Assembly: GCA_963697565.1 (NCBI GenBank)
Contig: CAVOOM010000008.1
Coordinates: forward strand, 218,329 to 282,328
DNA from: an uncultured Actinomycetota bacterium
Lineage (GTDB): Bacteria > Actinomycetota > Actinomycetes > CAVWCF01
Reading direction: 5' to 3'
Length of the DNA: 64,000 bases
Positions 8,687 to 19,036 of the stretch are shown here, one piece after another. Every line of letters begins with the position of its first letter. Positions within the stretch are counted from its first letter, which is position 1. The position numbers were made by a program, and so were the translations under genes. Under the pieces are notes generated by a model. The model made no database searches. It was given only the letters and a program-made list of their open reading frames with translations, and was not told the origin of the DNA.

Positions 8687-8826
8687 CTGTGGACAAGCCT
8701 GGGGACAGGCTGGGGACCGCGCCGGGGGAGCCTGTGGACCCGAGTCCCGATTCTGGGGATGCCGCTGTGGACAACTCGGTGCGTAACGCTCTGACCTGCG
8801 GCTTTGCTCTCCCAGGATGTGGACGA
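8687..8826. promoter_or_regulatory. Phased array of CTG(T/G)GGAC(A/C) repeats, including two perfect actinobacterial DnaA-box 9-mers (TGTGGACAA = reverse complement of TTGTCCACA)
   Basis: Copies begin at 8687, 8699, 8710, 8732, 8753 (partial), 8765 and 8817; spacings are multiples of ~11 bp; located in the 547-bp divergent intergenic region. Confidence 0.4.
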
Positions 8827-8929
8827 AAAATACTTCGCGGGGGTGAACGGCCGGCGGCCCGACGGTGACCGATTGATGCACCGGGCCGCGGCGCGGCCGG
8901 TTGTCGGGGCCCGGCGGTAGCGTCCGCGC

Positions 8930-9544
8930 ATGGCCAGCCCGATCCCCGACTCCGCCGAAGCGGGCGCCGCGCCCGAGGTCGAGGTGCGGCGCTCCGCGCG
9001 CCGCCGCAAGACCGTGTCGGCCTACCGCTCCGGCGACCGGGTGGTGGTGCTCATCCCGGCCCGGATGAGCCGGGCCGAGGAGGCCCACTGGGTCGAGACC
9101 ATGGTGGCGCGGCTCGCGGCCAAGGCCACCCGCACGGCCCCCAGCGACGCCCGGCTGCTGGCGCGGGCCCGGCTGCTGGCGCGCACCCACCTCGCCGTGG
9201 ACGGCCAGGTCGCGGAGCCGGCCTCGGTGCGGTGGGCGGCCAACCAGGCGCAGCGGTGGGGCTCGTGCACGCCCGCCGACCGCTCGATCCGGGTCTCCGC
9301 GCGCCTGCAGGCCATGCCGGACTACGTGCTCGACTACGTCCTCGTGCACGAGCTCGCGCACCTGCAGGAGGCCAATCACGGCCCCGCCTTCTGGGCCCTC
9401 GTGGCGCGCTTTCCCGGCACCGAGCGCGCCCGTGGCTTCCTCGACGGCTACGCGCTGGCCGAGGGCCGGCCATCGGCGGGGCCTGGTTCCTCCCCGGAGC
9501 CAGAGGCAGACGACCTCGACGACGGTGGGGACTGGCTGTTCTAG
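8930..9544 (+). CDS. YgjP/DUF45 (M48/WLM-like) metal-dependent hydrolase
   Basis: HELAHLQEANHGPAFWAL zinc-binding motif near the C-terminus; 204 aa. Confidence 0.75.
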   Translation: MASPIPDSAEAGAAPEVEVRRSARRRKTVSAYRSGDRVVVLIPARMSRAEEAHWVETMVARLAAKATRTAPSDARLLARARLLARTHLAVDGQVAEPASVRWAANQAQRWGSCTPADRSIRVSARLQAMPDYVLDYVLVHELAHLQEANHGPAFWALVARFPGTERARGFLDGYALAEGRPSAGPGSSPEPEADDLDDGGDWLF

Positions 9545-10119
9545 CCGACCTCCGCGCGCCGACGCAGCGCGGCGGACACCAGCCGCCGCACCGAGTCGTC
9601 GCTGTCCGCAGGCAGCGCGTCGGCGGGGTACCACGCCAAGGCGATCGACTCCTCGGACAACCGCTCGACGGCCCCGCTCGGAGCGATCGCCGCGTACTGC
9701 ACGTCGAGGTGGATGCGCTCGGGCTCGGCGGGCCCGGCGCAGCGCACCGGGTGGGCATCGAGGCGCACCGGCCCGCCCGCGAGAAGCACCAGGCCCTCGA
9801 CGCCGGACTCCTCCCGCGCCTCCCGCAGCGCGGCCCCCGACAGCGACCCGTCAGCGGCCTCCAGGTGGCCGCCCATCTGCAGCCAGCGCCCGACCTTGCG
9901 GTGCAGGCCGAGCAGCACCCGCTCGCCGTCGGACGACAGCACGAGCGCCGAGGCGGTCAGGTGCTCGGGCCGGCCGGAGCGGTCGACCGCGTCCGGTCGG
10001 GCGCGCAGCACCGCGCAGTAGCGCTCCCGCAGCACGCCCTGCGCCTCATCGGGCGCCGCCCAGGAGGAGAGGGCGGCGAGGGCGTCTTGATGGGCGGCCG
10101 TCGGCGGCGGGTCGATCAC
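9541..10119 (-). CDS. NUDIX hydrolase
   Basis: Nudix box GGHLEAADGSLSGAALREAREESGVEG; GTG start overlaps the stop of the upstream DUF2342 frame (GTGA); the track merges it into a 627-aa ORF. Confidence 0.75.
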   Translation of the reverse strand: MIDPPPTAAHQDALAALSSWAAPDEAQGVLRERYCAVLRARPDAVDRSGRPEHLTASALVLSSDGERVLLGLHRKVGRWLQMGGHLEAADGSLSGAALREAREESGVEGLVLLAGGPVRLDAHPVRCAGPAEPERIHLDVQYAAIAPSGAVERLSEESIALAWYPADALPADSDDSVRRLVSAALRRRAEVG

Positions 10120-11424
10120 AGATCGTCGAGGCCGGACAGGTCGTCTGGGATCTCGAGGCCGGCGACCTCGTCGTCCACCGAGGCCCGCCGCGCGACGTAC
10201 GCGGCCGGCTCGGCGAGGTCGGCGGGACCGGGCAGTCCCAACGGGTTCTCCCAGACCAGGTCGCGGCCGTCGGATCCCATGCGCGTCGGTGAGCTGCCGC
10301 CAGATGTCGGCGGCCTCGCGCATCCGGCGCGGCCTCAGCTGCAAGCCGACCAGCGCCGCGAACGCCGCCTCGGCGGGGCCGCCCGCCGCCCGTCGCCGGC
10401 GCGCGGTCTCGGCCAGCGCGACGGCGTGGGGGAGCGTCGGGGTGGCGGCGGCCTCGACCACGACATCGACCCAGCCCTCGACCAGCGCGAGCAGCGTCTC
10501 CAGCCGCTCGAGGGCCGCCGACTGCGCAGGGGTGTCGGCGGGCTCGAACAGCCCCGACTCCAGGGCTCCCTGGATCGAGGCGGGGTCGTTGGGGTCGATC
10601 GAGCCCATCCGCTCGCGCAGGGTGTCGGCGTCGAAGGTGATGCCGGCGGCGTAGGCACCTACGGCGTCGAGCAGCGCGCCGCGCAGCCAGGGCACATGCG
10701 CGAACAACCGCTGGTGGGCGCACTCGCGCAGGGCGAGGTGCAGGCGCACCTCGTCTTCGGGAATGCCCAGGCCCTCGGCGTACGAGCGGATGTTGACGGG
10801 GACGAGCACCGCCTTGCCCTCCGGGCCGAGGGGCAGGCCGATGTCGGTGGAGCCGACCACCTCGCCGGCCAGCTGGCCGAGCGCCTGCCCGGCCTGCGCG
10901 CCCACCATGGCGCCGCCGAGCTGCTGGAACATCCCGAGCATCGGGCCGGCCATGGCCTGCGCCTCGGCGGGGAGGGCGCTCGTCGAGGCCTCGGCCATCC
11001 GCGCGGCGAGCGGCTCGATCAGCCCCTTCCACACCGGCAGCGTGCCCTCCACCCACTCGGCTCGGCTCCAGGCGAGGGCCGCGGAGGTCCCCGCCGGGAG
11101 AGCGGTCACCGGGTCCAGCCAGACCTCCGCCAGTCGGACGGCCTCGTCGACCGCCTCGCGCTCGGTGCGCAGCACCGACGCGTCGCCCCGCGCGGCCACG
11201 GCCTGCCGTGCGGTGTCATGGGCCAGCTGCCAGTTGACCGGCCCCTCGCCGCCCGACTGCAGCATCCGGCCGACCTGCTCCAGCATCGCGCCCAGGTTGG
11301 CGGCATTGAGGTCGGCGGGTCCGAAGCCGAAGGCGGCGAACGGGTTGTCGCCGCCCGCTCCGCCGTCGCCGGGCTCGTCGGGGTCGTCGGAGGGCATTGC
11401 GAAGCCGAACGGCTGATCGCTCAC
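10116..11424 (-). pseudogene. DUF2342-family putative zinc-dependent hydrolase (Rv3195-like); apparent +1 frameshift near 10275
   Basis: N-terminal ~380 aa conserved in one frame; the C-terminal 55 aa (RDLVWENPLGLPG...EIPDDLSGLDDL*) continue in another frame ending at 10116; junction catGGGatcc; could be a sequencing error. Confidence 0.6.
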
Positions 11425-11541
11425 GTGGGGGCTCCTGGGGCCAAGATGGGCCCGTGCGCTTCACGGGCTTGTGCGACGGGGGGTACGCCCCCACCGTAAC
11501 GATGGCGCGCCCCTTGGCTGTTCCGCGAGCGGCCCGCAGCC

Positions 11542-12654
11542 ATGGCTGAGCCGGCCAAGCGCGTCCGCCGCGCGCCGAGGGGCGGCGACGGCCGCCCCGT
11601 GGTGGCCGTGGTCGGCGCCGCGAGCGGTCCGGGCGCGCTGCTTGCGCGCCGCCTCGCGGCTGGCCAGGACTACCGCTCCGTGGTCGCGATCGACGCCGTC
11701 CGGCCGAAGGGGGCGAAGGGGGCGCAGGATGAGGCCGACCGGCTGACCTGGCGGACGGCCCGGATCGACCACCCGGACGTCGTCCAGACACTCAGCGGGG
11801 TCGATGTGGTGGTGCACCTGCCCGGCTGGGCGCCGCCCTTCGCTCCCCACGTGGACGGCCGGTCCGCCGGGGCTGCCGCGCGGGCGGTGCTGACCGCGGC
11901 GGCCGCGCAGGGGGTGGGCCGGGCGGTGGTGGTGACGAGCGCGGTTGTCTTCGGCGCGCGGGCCGACAATCCCCTGCCGCTCGCAGACGACAGCCCGCTG
12001 CGGGCGACCCGCGAGGCCCCTGACGTCGCCGACCTGCTGGATGTCGAGGATGTGGCGGCGCAGGCCGCCATCACGCTCCCCGGGATGCGCGTGCATGTCC
12101 TGCGTCCGGCGCTGCTGGCGGGCCCGGGGCTCGACGACCCGCTGCTGCGCTACCTCGCCGCGCCGCGGCTGCTCGCCGTCCGCGACGGATGCACGGCCTG
12201 GCAGTGGTGCCACCTCGACGACCTGCTCTCCGCGGTCGAGCTCGCGGCCGCCGGCGGTCTGGACGCCCCTGCCGCGGCGGTCGCCTGCGACGGCTGGCTG
12301 GACCGCCCCGCGCTTGAGGCGGCGATCGGGCGGCGCTTCCTGGAGGTGCCCGCGGCAGCCGCCTTCGGCGCGGCCGAGCGGCTCGAGCGGCTCGGCCTGA
12401 CAGCGGCGCCGGCCAGCCAGCTGCAGTACGCGCTCTACCCCTGGGCGAGCGCGTGCGACCGACTGCGTGCCGAAGGCTGGCGGCCGGTGCACACCAACGC
12501 CGACGTCTTGGCCGAGGTGCTCGCCGCCCACCGCGCGGGCGGGCTCGACGGGCGCTCGGCCGCGCTCGGCGCGGCGGGGGCCGCCGGCGCCACGGCCGCC
12601 GTGCTCGGCGCCGCGGTCGCCGTTCGCCGCGCGCGCCGCCGCCGGCTGGGCTGA
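11542..12654 (+). CDS. NAD(P)-binding epimerase/dehydratase-like (Rossmann-fold) protein with Ala-rich hydrophobic C-terminus
   Basis: VVAVVGAASGPGALLARRL glycine-rich motif and VVVTSAVVFG; 370 aa. Confidence 0.6.
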   Translation: MAEPAKRVRRAPRGGDGRPVVAVVGAASGPGALLARRLAAGQDYRSVVAIDAVRPKGAKGAQDEADRLTWRTARIDHPDVVQTLSGVDVVVHLPGWAPPFAPHVDGRSAGAAARAVLTAAAAQGVGRAVVVTSAVVFGARADNPLPLADDSPLRATREAPDVADLLDVEDVAAQAAITLPGMRVHVLRPALLAGPGLDDPLLRYLAAPRLLAVRDGCTAWQWCHLDDLLSAVELAAAGGLDAPAAAVACDGWLDRPALEAAIGRRFLEVPAAAAFGAAERLERLGLTAAPASQLQYALYPWASACDRLRAEGWRPVHTNADVLAEVLAAHRAGGLDGRSAALGAAGAAGATAAVLGAAVAVRRARRRRLG

Positions 12655-12673
12655 CCGGCCTAGGCTGATCGCT

Positions 12674-12889
12674 GTGGACGCACTGGTCTGGCTGCTGATC
12701 CCGGTGGCGGCCTTTGTGCTCGCGCTGCTCTGGCTCAAGATCGCCCACCGCACGCGCCCGCCCGCGGGCACCGACGAGACTGTGGACGCGCACGACCGCT
12801 TCCGGCAGGCGATGGAGAGAGAGACCGGCATCGAGCCGTCGTCGCCCAGCGCCCCAGAAGACCCGGCCGACCCGGACCCGGAGCGCTGA
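12674..12889 (+). CDS. Putative small membrane protein (one TM helix, acidic C-terminus)
   Basis: GTG start; LVWLLIPVAAFVLALLWL hydrophobic helix; low confidence because the frame is otherwise junk upstream. Confidence 0.3.
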   Translation: MDALVWLLIPVAAFVLALLWLKIAHRTRPPAGTDETVDAHDRFRQAMERETGIEPSSPSAPEDPADPDPER

Positions 12890-12897
12890 GCACTCTC

Positions 12898-13953
12898 GTG
12901 TCGCGTCGGGTCGCGGTCCAGGTGACCGCTGGAATCGTGCTGGTGGCGCTGGTCGCTGTCGGAGCCTGGCTGCCGATGCCGTACGTGTCGCTGTCGCCGG
13001 GTCCGGTGTTCGACACCCTCGGTGAGCAGAACGGCGAGCCGCTCATCCTGATCGAGGGCACCACGACGTACCCCACGGACGGTCGGCTGGACCTCACGAC
13101 GGTGTCCGAGAGCGGTGGCCCGCGCAGCCGGCTGGGGCTGCTGGAGGCGGTCAAGGACTGGGTGGACCCCGACGCGGTGGTCGTGCCCGAGCGGACGCTG
13201 TACACGGGCCAGGAGACCGCCGAGGAGGTCGAGCAGCGCAACGCCGAGGACATGGAGCTGTCTCAGGAGAACGCCGTCACCGCCGCGATGAACCAGCTCG
13301 GGATCGCCACGACCACCGAGGTCGTGGTGCGCTCGATCGCGCAAGAGGCCCCGGCGCTCGGCAAGCTCCAGGCGGGCGACGTGATCCTCGCCGTAGATGG
13401 CACCCCGGTGACGTCCGCGGTGCAGTCCCGTGACCTGATCCGCGCGCGGGCCCCCGGGCAGGACGTCTCGATCAAGGTCCGGCGCGAGACCGCCGATGGC
13501 TCCGAAGAGCTTGACGAGGTCGTGACAACCGAGCCCTCGCCAGCCGATCCGGCCATCGCCTACATCGGGATCGTCCCGGGCGAGGTGCAGGTGCCGCCGT
13601 TCGAGGTGGCCCTCAGCCTGGACCGCGTCGGCGGCCCCAGCGCCGGGCTGATGTTCGCCCTGGGCATCGTGGACAAGCTCACCGCCGAGCAAGAGAACGG
13701 CGGCAAGCACGTCGCCGGCACGGGCACCATCGACGCCGACGGCACGGTCGGCCCGATCGGCGGCATCCAGCAGAAGCTGCGGGGAGCGCGGGACGCCGGC
13801 GCGACGGTGTTCCTGGTCCCCACGGAGAACTGCGAGGACGCCGCGGGGGCGGGCGTCGACGGACTGCGGCTTGTGCGTGTGACCACGCTGTCCGACGCGC
13901 TGACGGGGATGGCCGCAGTGGTCTCCGGCGGCGAGGCGCCCACCTGCGGCTGA
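12898..13953 (+). CDS. PDZ-domain / Lon-protease C-terminal-domain protein (Rv3194c-like)
   Basis: N-terminal TM helix, PDZ segment (GDVILAVDGTPV), and S16-like region with GPSAGLMFALGI. Confidence 0.8.
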   Translation: MSRRVAVQVTAGIVLVALVAVGAWLPMPYVSLSPGPVFDTLGEQNGEPLILIEGTTTYPTDGRLDLTTVSESGGPRSRLGLLEAVKDWVDPDAVVVPERTLYTGQETAEEVEQRNAEDMELSQENAVTAAMNQLGIATTTEVVVRSIAQEAPALGKLQAGDVILAVDGTPVTSAVQSRDLIRARAPGQDVSIKVRRETADGSEELDEVVTTEPSPADPAIAYIGIVPGEVQVPPFEVALSLDRVGGPSAGLMFALGIVDKLTAEQENGGKHVAGTGTIDADGTVGPIGGIQQKLRGARDAGATVFLVPTENCEDAAGAGVDGLRLVRVTTLSDALTGMAAVVSGGEAPTCG

Positions 13954-14006
13954 GCCGTGACCTCCCGGGTGCGGCGTTGAGCGGCGGTCCGGGTTAGGTT
14001 GAAGCG

Positions 14007-16901
14007 GTGAGTTTCGCGAACCCCCCCGAAGGTGGACCCGCCGGACCCCGCCCCGTGGCGACCAAGCCAGGACGCGGACGAGCTCTGCTGCCGACCCTGG
14101 TGGTGCTCGGCGCGCTCGCCATCGCCTTCCTGCTCTTCGCCGGGTTCTACACCGAGTGGCGCTGGTTCCAGTCCATCGACTTCGAGGGCGTCTACACGAC
14201 GACCCTGCTGGTGAGGGGCGGGCTGTTCGCGGGCTTCGGGCTGCTGATGGCGGCCGCAGTCGCGGCGAACATGGTGGTCGCGTACCGGATGCGACCGCCG
14301 TTCCGCGCGGCGTCGGCCGAGCAGGCGAGCCTGGAGCGCTACCGGATGGCCCTCGAGCCGTCCAAGCGCGCCGCCGTCGTCGTCTCCGCCTCGCTGCTCG
14401 GGCTCTTCGCGGGCGGCTCCGCCGCCGCCGAGTGGCGCACCTTCCTGCTGTGGCGCAACGCCAGGGAGTTCGGCGAGACCGACGCGCAGTTCGGGCGCGA
14501 TCTCGGCTTCTTCATCTTCGAGCTGCCGTGGCTTCGGTTCTTGGTGTCCTTCGGCTTCGCGGTCGTGATCCTGTCGCTCATCGCCGCGGTGGTCACCCAC
14601 TACCTCTACGGCGGGATCCGGCTGCAGACGCCGGGGCACCGCACCACGCCCTCCGCCACGGCGCACATCAGCGTGCTGCTCGGCGTCTTCATGCTGCTGA
14701 AGGCAGCCGGCTACTGGCTCGACCGCTACGAGCTCGCGGTCCAGGACGGCCGGCTGCTCACCGGGCTGCAGTACACCGACGCCCAGGCCCTGCTTCCGGC
14801 CAAGAACATCCTGGTCGTGATCGCGCTCGTGTGCGCCGCGCTCTTCTTCATCAACGTGTTCCGCCGCACCTGGTCGCTGCCCATCATCGGCGCGGGGCTG
14901 CTCCTGCTCTCATCGTTCGCCATCGGCATCGTCTACCCCGCGATCGTCCAGCAGTTCCAGGTCCGCCCGGCCGAGCCGGCCCGCGAATCCCCGTACATCC
15001 AGCGCAACATCGAGGCCACCCGCTCTGCGTACGGCCTCGACGACGTGCAGGTCACCGACTACAACGCCAAGCCGGCGCCGGCCGAGTCCGATCTGCAGGC
15101 CGCACTGAGCACGACCGAGAACATCCGGCTGCTCGACCCCGCCTTGATCAGCCCGACCTACCGGCAGCTGCAGCAGATCCGCGGCTTCTACGGCTTCCCG
15201 GACTCCCTCGACATCGACCGGTACGAGATCGACGGCCGGGTCCGCGACTCGGTGGTCGCGGTCCGCGAGCTCGACGAGGTGCCCGAGGGCCAGCAGAACT
15301 GGGCCAACCTGCGCCTGGTCTACACCCACGGGTTCGGCTTCGTGGGCGCGTATGGCAACACCGCCCGGGCCGACGGAAGCCCGGATTTCTTCGAGGCGGA
15401 CATCCCCCCGGAGGGGCCGCTGGGGATCGAGCAGCCGCGGATCTACTTCGGCGAGAAGTCGCCGTTCTACTCGATCGTCGGCTCGCAGCAACTCGAGCTC
15501 GACTTCCCCGACGACTCCAGCCCGACCGGCCAGCGCGACTACAGCTACACCGGCAAGGGCGGCGTGCAGATCAGCAACCTGTTCGACCGGCTGGTCTTCG
15601 CGACGAAGTTCCAAGAGGGCAACATCCTGCTGTCCGACCTGATCGACTCGGACTCGCGGATCATGTGGGACCGGCAGCCGCGCGAGCGGGTCCAGAAGGC
15701 CGCGCCGTGGCTCACGGTGGACGGCGACCCCTACCCGACGGTCGTCGACGGCCGGGTGGTCTGGATCGTGGACGCCTACACGACCAGCAACCAGTACCCG
15801 TACTCCCAGCGCACGACGCTCGGCGAGGTCACCACCGACGCGCTCACCGTGACGACCCAGAGCGTGCTGGCGCAGCGGCCCGACCCGGTCAACTACATCC
15901 GCAACTCGGTCAAGGCCACCGTCGACGCCTACGACGGCACGGTGACGCTCTACGAGTGGGACCGCAACGACCCGATGCTCAAGGCCTGGCGCGGGGCCTT
16001 CCCCGACGCGGTCCAGCCGTACGAGGAGATCTCGCCTGAGCTGATGCAGCACCTGCGCTACCCCGAGGACCTGTTCAAGGTGCAGCGCGAGATCCTCTCC
16101 CAGTACCACGTGCAGGACCCGGCGGCGTTCTACGGCGGCCAGGACTTCTGGAAGGTCCCCGAGGACCCGACCAAGCGGGCGGCCCGCGCGGCGCAGCCGC
16201 CGTACTACCTCACCCTTGCCATGCCCGGCCAGAGCCAGGCGTCCTTCTCGCTGACGACGACGTTCGCGCCCGCCAAGCGCGAGACGTTGGCGGCGTTCAT
16301 GGCGGTCAACGCCCAGCCCGGAGAGGACTTCGGTACGATCCGGGTGCTGCAGTTGCCGCGCTCGACGACGATTCCGGGGCCGGGGCAGGTGCAGAACAAC
16401 TTCGAGTCCGACCCCGATGTGTCCAGCCAGCTGTCGTTGTTGAGACGTGGCGGGTCGGACGTCGAGCTCGGCAACCTGCTCACGCTGCCCGTCGCCGGGG
16501 GCCTGCTGTACGTCGAGCCGGTCTACGTGCGCGCGGCGCAGGGCGAGTCGTTCCCGCTGCTGCGCAAGGTGCTGGCGTCGTACGGCAATGAGATCGCCTT
16601 CGAGAACACCATCGAGGAGGCGCTCAGCGCGCTGTTCCGCGGCGACGGGTCGACGACCCCGCCGCCGACGGACCCGGGCACGCCGACCGAGCCGCCAGCC
16701 GGTGGCGATGCGCTCACCCAGGCGCTCGCCGACGCACAGCAGGCGCTCACCGATTCGGAGGCCGCGCTCAAGGCGGGGGACTTCGCCGCCTACGGCGAGG
16801 CGCAGCAGCGGTTGGCCGACGCGATCTCGCGTGCGGCGGCCGCCGCCGGCGGCGAGGTGTCGCCCTCGCCTTCGCCGACCCCGTCGGCTCCGAGCGCCTG
16901 A
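14007..16901 (+). CDS. UPF0182-family large integral membrane protein (Rv3193c-like)
   Basis: 964-aa ORF; multiple N-terminal TM helices and a long extracytoplasmic domain; conserved synteny. Confidence 0.85.
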   Translation: MSFANPPEGGPAGPRPVATKPGRGRALLPTLVVLGALAIAFLLFAGFYTEWRWFQSIDFEGVYTTTLLVRGGLFAGFGLLMAAAVAANMVVAYRMRPPFRAASAEQASLERYRMALEPSKRAAVVVSASLLGLFAGGSAAAEWRTFLLWRNAREFGETDAQFGRDLGFFIFELPWLRFLVSFGFAVVILSLIAAVVTHYLYGGIRLQTPGHRTTPSATAHISVLLGVFMLLKAAGYWLDRYELAVQDGRLLTGLQYTDAQALLPAKNILVVIALVCAALFFINVFRRTWSLPIIGAGLLLLSSFAIGIVYPAIVQQFQVRPAEPARESPYIQRNIEATRSAYGLDDVQVTDYNAKPAPAESDLQAALSTTENIRLLDPALISPTYRQLQQIRGFYGFPDSLDIDRYEIDGRVRDSVVAVRELDEVPEGQQNWANLRLVYTHGFGFVGAYGNTARADGSPDFFEADIPPEGPLGIEQPRIYFGEKSPFYSIVGSQQLELDFPDDSSPTGQRDYSYTGKGGVQISNLFDRLVFATKFQEGNILLSDLIDSDSRIMWDRQPRERVQKAAPWLTVDGDPYPTVVDGRVVWIVDAYTTSNQYPYSQRTTLGEVTTDALTVTTQSVLAQRPDPVNYIRNSVKATVDAYDGTVTLYEWDRNDPMLKAWRGAFPDAVQPYEEISPELMQHLRYPEDLFKVQREILSQYHVQDPAAFYGGQDFWKVPEDPTKRAARAAQPPYYLTLAMPGQSQASFSLTTTFAPAKRETLAAFMAVNAQPGEDFGTIRVLQLPRSTTIPGPGQVQNNFESDPDVSSQLSLLRRGGSDVELGNLLTLPVAGGLLYVEPVYVRAAQGESFPLLRKVLASYGNEIAFENTIEEALSALFRGDGSTTPPPTDPGTPTEPPAGGDALTQALADAQQALTDSEAALKAGDFAAYGEAQQRLADAISRAAAAAGGEVSPSPSPTPSAPSA

Positions 16902-16936
16902 CCCGGCCAGGGGAGTGATCCACTAGCCTCCGGCCC

Positions 16937-18620
16937 ATGGCTTTCTCGTTGGTGCCCGCGTCCCTGCGCGGCTACGACAAGACCTGGCTGGCCCGCGACG
17001 TCATCGCGGGGCTGACCCTGTCGGCGGTCGCGATCCCCGAGGTGATGGGCTACTCGTCCATCGCCCAGATGCCGATCGTCACGGGCCTGTACACCGTGAT
17101 CTTCCCGACCATGGTGTTCGCGCTGTTCTGCTCGTCGCGGCTGCTGGTCGTGGGGGCCGACTCGGCCACCGCCGCGGTGATGGCGGCGGGGTTGACCGGC
17201 CTGGGGGTCGCCGGGCTCACCCCGGAGTCGCCCGAGTGGGTCGCGTACGCGAGCCTGACCGCCCTGGTCACAGCGGCTCTGCTCGTGATCGCCCGGGTGC
17301 TCAAGCTGGGCTTCATCGGCGACTTCCTGAGCGCCTCGGTGCTGATCGGCTTCCTCACCGGCGTGGGCGTACAGGTGCTCACCGGGCAGCTGCCCGAGAT
17401 GCTGGGCATCCCCAAGGGCAAGGGCAACTGGCTGCAGCAGCAGTGGGAGCTGCTCACCTCGCTGAGCAGCATCCAGTGGGCGACGTTCGGCTTCTCCGTC
17501 GCGACCCTGGTGATCATCGTCGGCTTGAAGAAGCTCGCCCCCGTGGTGCCCGGCGCCCTGGTCGCGGTGGCCCTGCTCACCGGCGCTGTCCGCCGTGCTC
17601 GACTCGTCCGCCAGCGGCGTGGCCGTGGTGGGCTCGGTGCCGAAGGGCTTCCCGCCGATCGGCCTGCCGCAGGGCATCGAGTGGTCCGACGCGGTCACGG
17701 TGATCCCCATCGCCGTCGGGTGCCTGGTGCTGATCCTCGCCCAGAGCGCGGCGACCTCGCGATCCTTCGCCATGAAGACGGGCAGCCGCGTCGACGTGAA
17801 CAAGGACATCGTCGGCCTGGGCGGCGCCAACCTGGCGGCCGGCCTGTCCGGCACGTTCGTGGTCAACGGCAGCCCCACCAAGACGAAGATCCTGTACGAC
17901 CTGAAGGGCCGCACCCAGGTGGCCAACCTGACCATGGCCGGCGTCGTCCTCATCTTCACCGTCTTCGCGACCGGCCTGCTCGCCACCATGCCGAAGGCCG
18001 TGCTGGCCTCGATCGTCTTCCTGATCGGCGTCGGCCTGGTCGACCTCGTGGGCATGAAGTACCTCATGCGGCACAGCCGCGTGGAGTTCCTGGTCGCGCT
18101 CGCGACCGCCGTCACCGTCTGCGTGGTCGGGGTCACCCAGGGCATCGTGCTGGCGATCGTGCTGTCGCTTCTCGACCTGATCCGCCGCCAGTACAAGCCG
18201 GCCGACTACGTCTTGACGCAGGACGGCGACGGCGAGCCCGCCTACCAGCGGGCGACCCCCGGGGCGCAGAGCCTGCCGGGGCTGGTGGTGTACCGCTTCG
18301 ACGCCGAGCTCTTCTACGCCAACGCCAACCGGTTCGTGGACGACGTGGAGGCGGTGATCCTCGCCGCCCCCGATCCGGTCCGATGGCTGGCCATCGACTG
18401 CGCGTCCATGGCCGACATCGACTACTCCGCGAGCATGTCGCTGCGGGGGCTGATCGACTTCGCCCACGCACGCAACGTGGAGGTGCATCTGGTGCGCCCG
18501 GACACCCGCTTCACGGACAGCCTCAAGGCCTTCGACCTCGTCGACGAGATCCGCGGCGACCGCGTGCACGCGACCCTGGAAGAGGTCTTCAACGCCTTCC
18601 GCGCTGCTCCCGCGACCTAA
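16937..18620 (+). pseudogene. SulP-family sulfate/anion permease with C-terminal STAS domain; apparent frameshift near 17585-17595
   Basis: N-terminal frame (16937) degenerates after ...ALLTGAV; the rest continues in the 17595 frame (LSAVLDSSASGVAVVGSVPKG ... STAS); could be a sequencing error. Confidence 0.7.
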
Positions 18621-18711
18621 GCGACCAGCCGGCGGTGAGGATCGAACTATCAACTATGCGCGTCCGGATTTGGATCCTGCGCCGCGCGTGACGTACCCTG
18701 AGACCTACCGA

Positions 18712-18788
18712 CGCGGGGTGGAGCAGCTCGGTAGCTCGCTGGGCTCATAACCCAGAGGTCGCAGGTTCAAATCCTGCCCCCGCTACCA
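18712..18788 (+). tRNA. Initiator tRNA-fMet (anticodon CAT)
   Basis: Near-identical to bacterial initiator tRNA (CGCGGGGTGGAGCAGC...GGGCTCATAACCC...CCCCGCTACCA); 1:72 mismatch (C1:U72); three consecutive G:C pairs in the anticodon stem; encoded CCA. Confidence 0.9.
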
Positions 18789-19030
18789 ACGTTTATGCAG
18801 GTCAGGGCCATGATCATTGATCATGGCCCTGTTCCTTGTGGGCAGAATGTCGGCAAGCCTGCCGACACCGGACACCGTCGAGGTCGGGTTGACAGCGGTT
18901 GGCCCGACGTTGGCGGACGTGCGGAGACGCTCGTGGACCTCGGATCTCCCCTCGCGGTGCGTTGCGTTGTTTGACCTCTGGGTCGGAAACCCGGAGGTCG
19001 GGAAGTCAATCCGGATCAGCCGGGACGTGT
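18789..19030. repeat. R-arm repeat, copy 1: hairpin CAGGGCCATGATCA-TT-GATCATGGCCCTG, GCAGAATGTCGGCA(agcc)TGCCGACA motif and ~180 bp more; ~80% identical to 20688-20930
   Basis: Direct alignment of the two downstream-of-tRNA segments. Confidence 0.65.
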
Positions 19031-19036
19031 CAGGTC

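Noticed and set aside
8687-8826. DnaA-box cluster as the chromosomal origin oriC
   Set aside because: No dnaA, dnaN, rpmH or gidB flank it. The neighbourhood is the Rv3193c–Rv3198c syntenic block, which is not origin-proximal in mycobacteria.
9541-11424. Single 627-aa ORF suggesting a DUF2342–Nudix fusion protein
   Set aside because: The middle ~60 aa are Arg-rich junk. The DUF2342 C-terminus continues in another frame and ends at 10116. A GTG at 10119 starts the Nudix gene with the usual GTGA overlap. So these are two genes, not a fusion.
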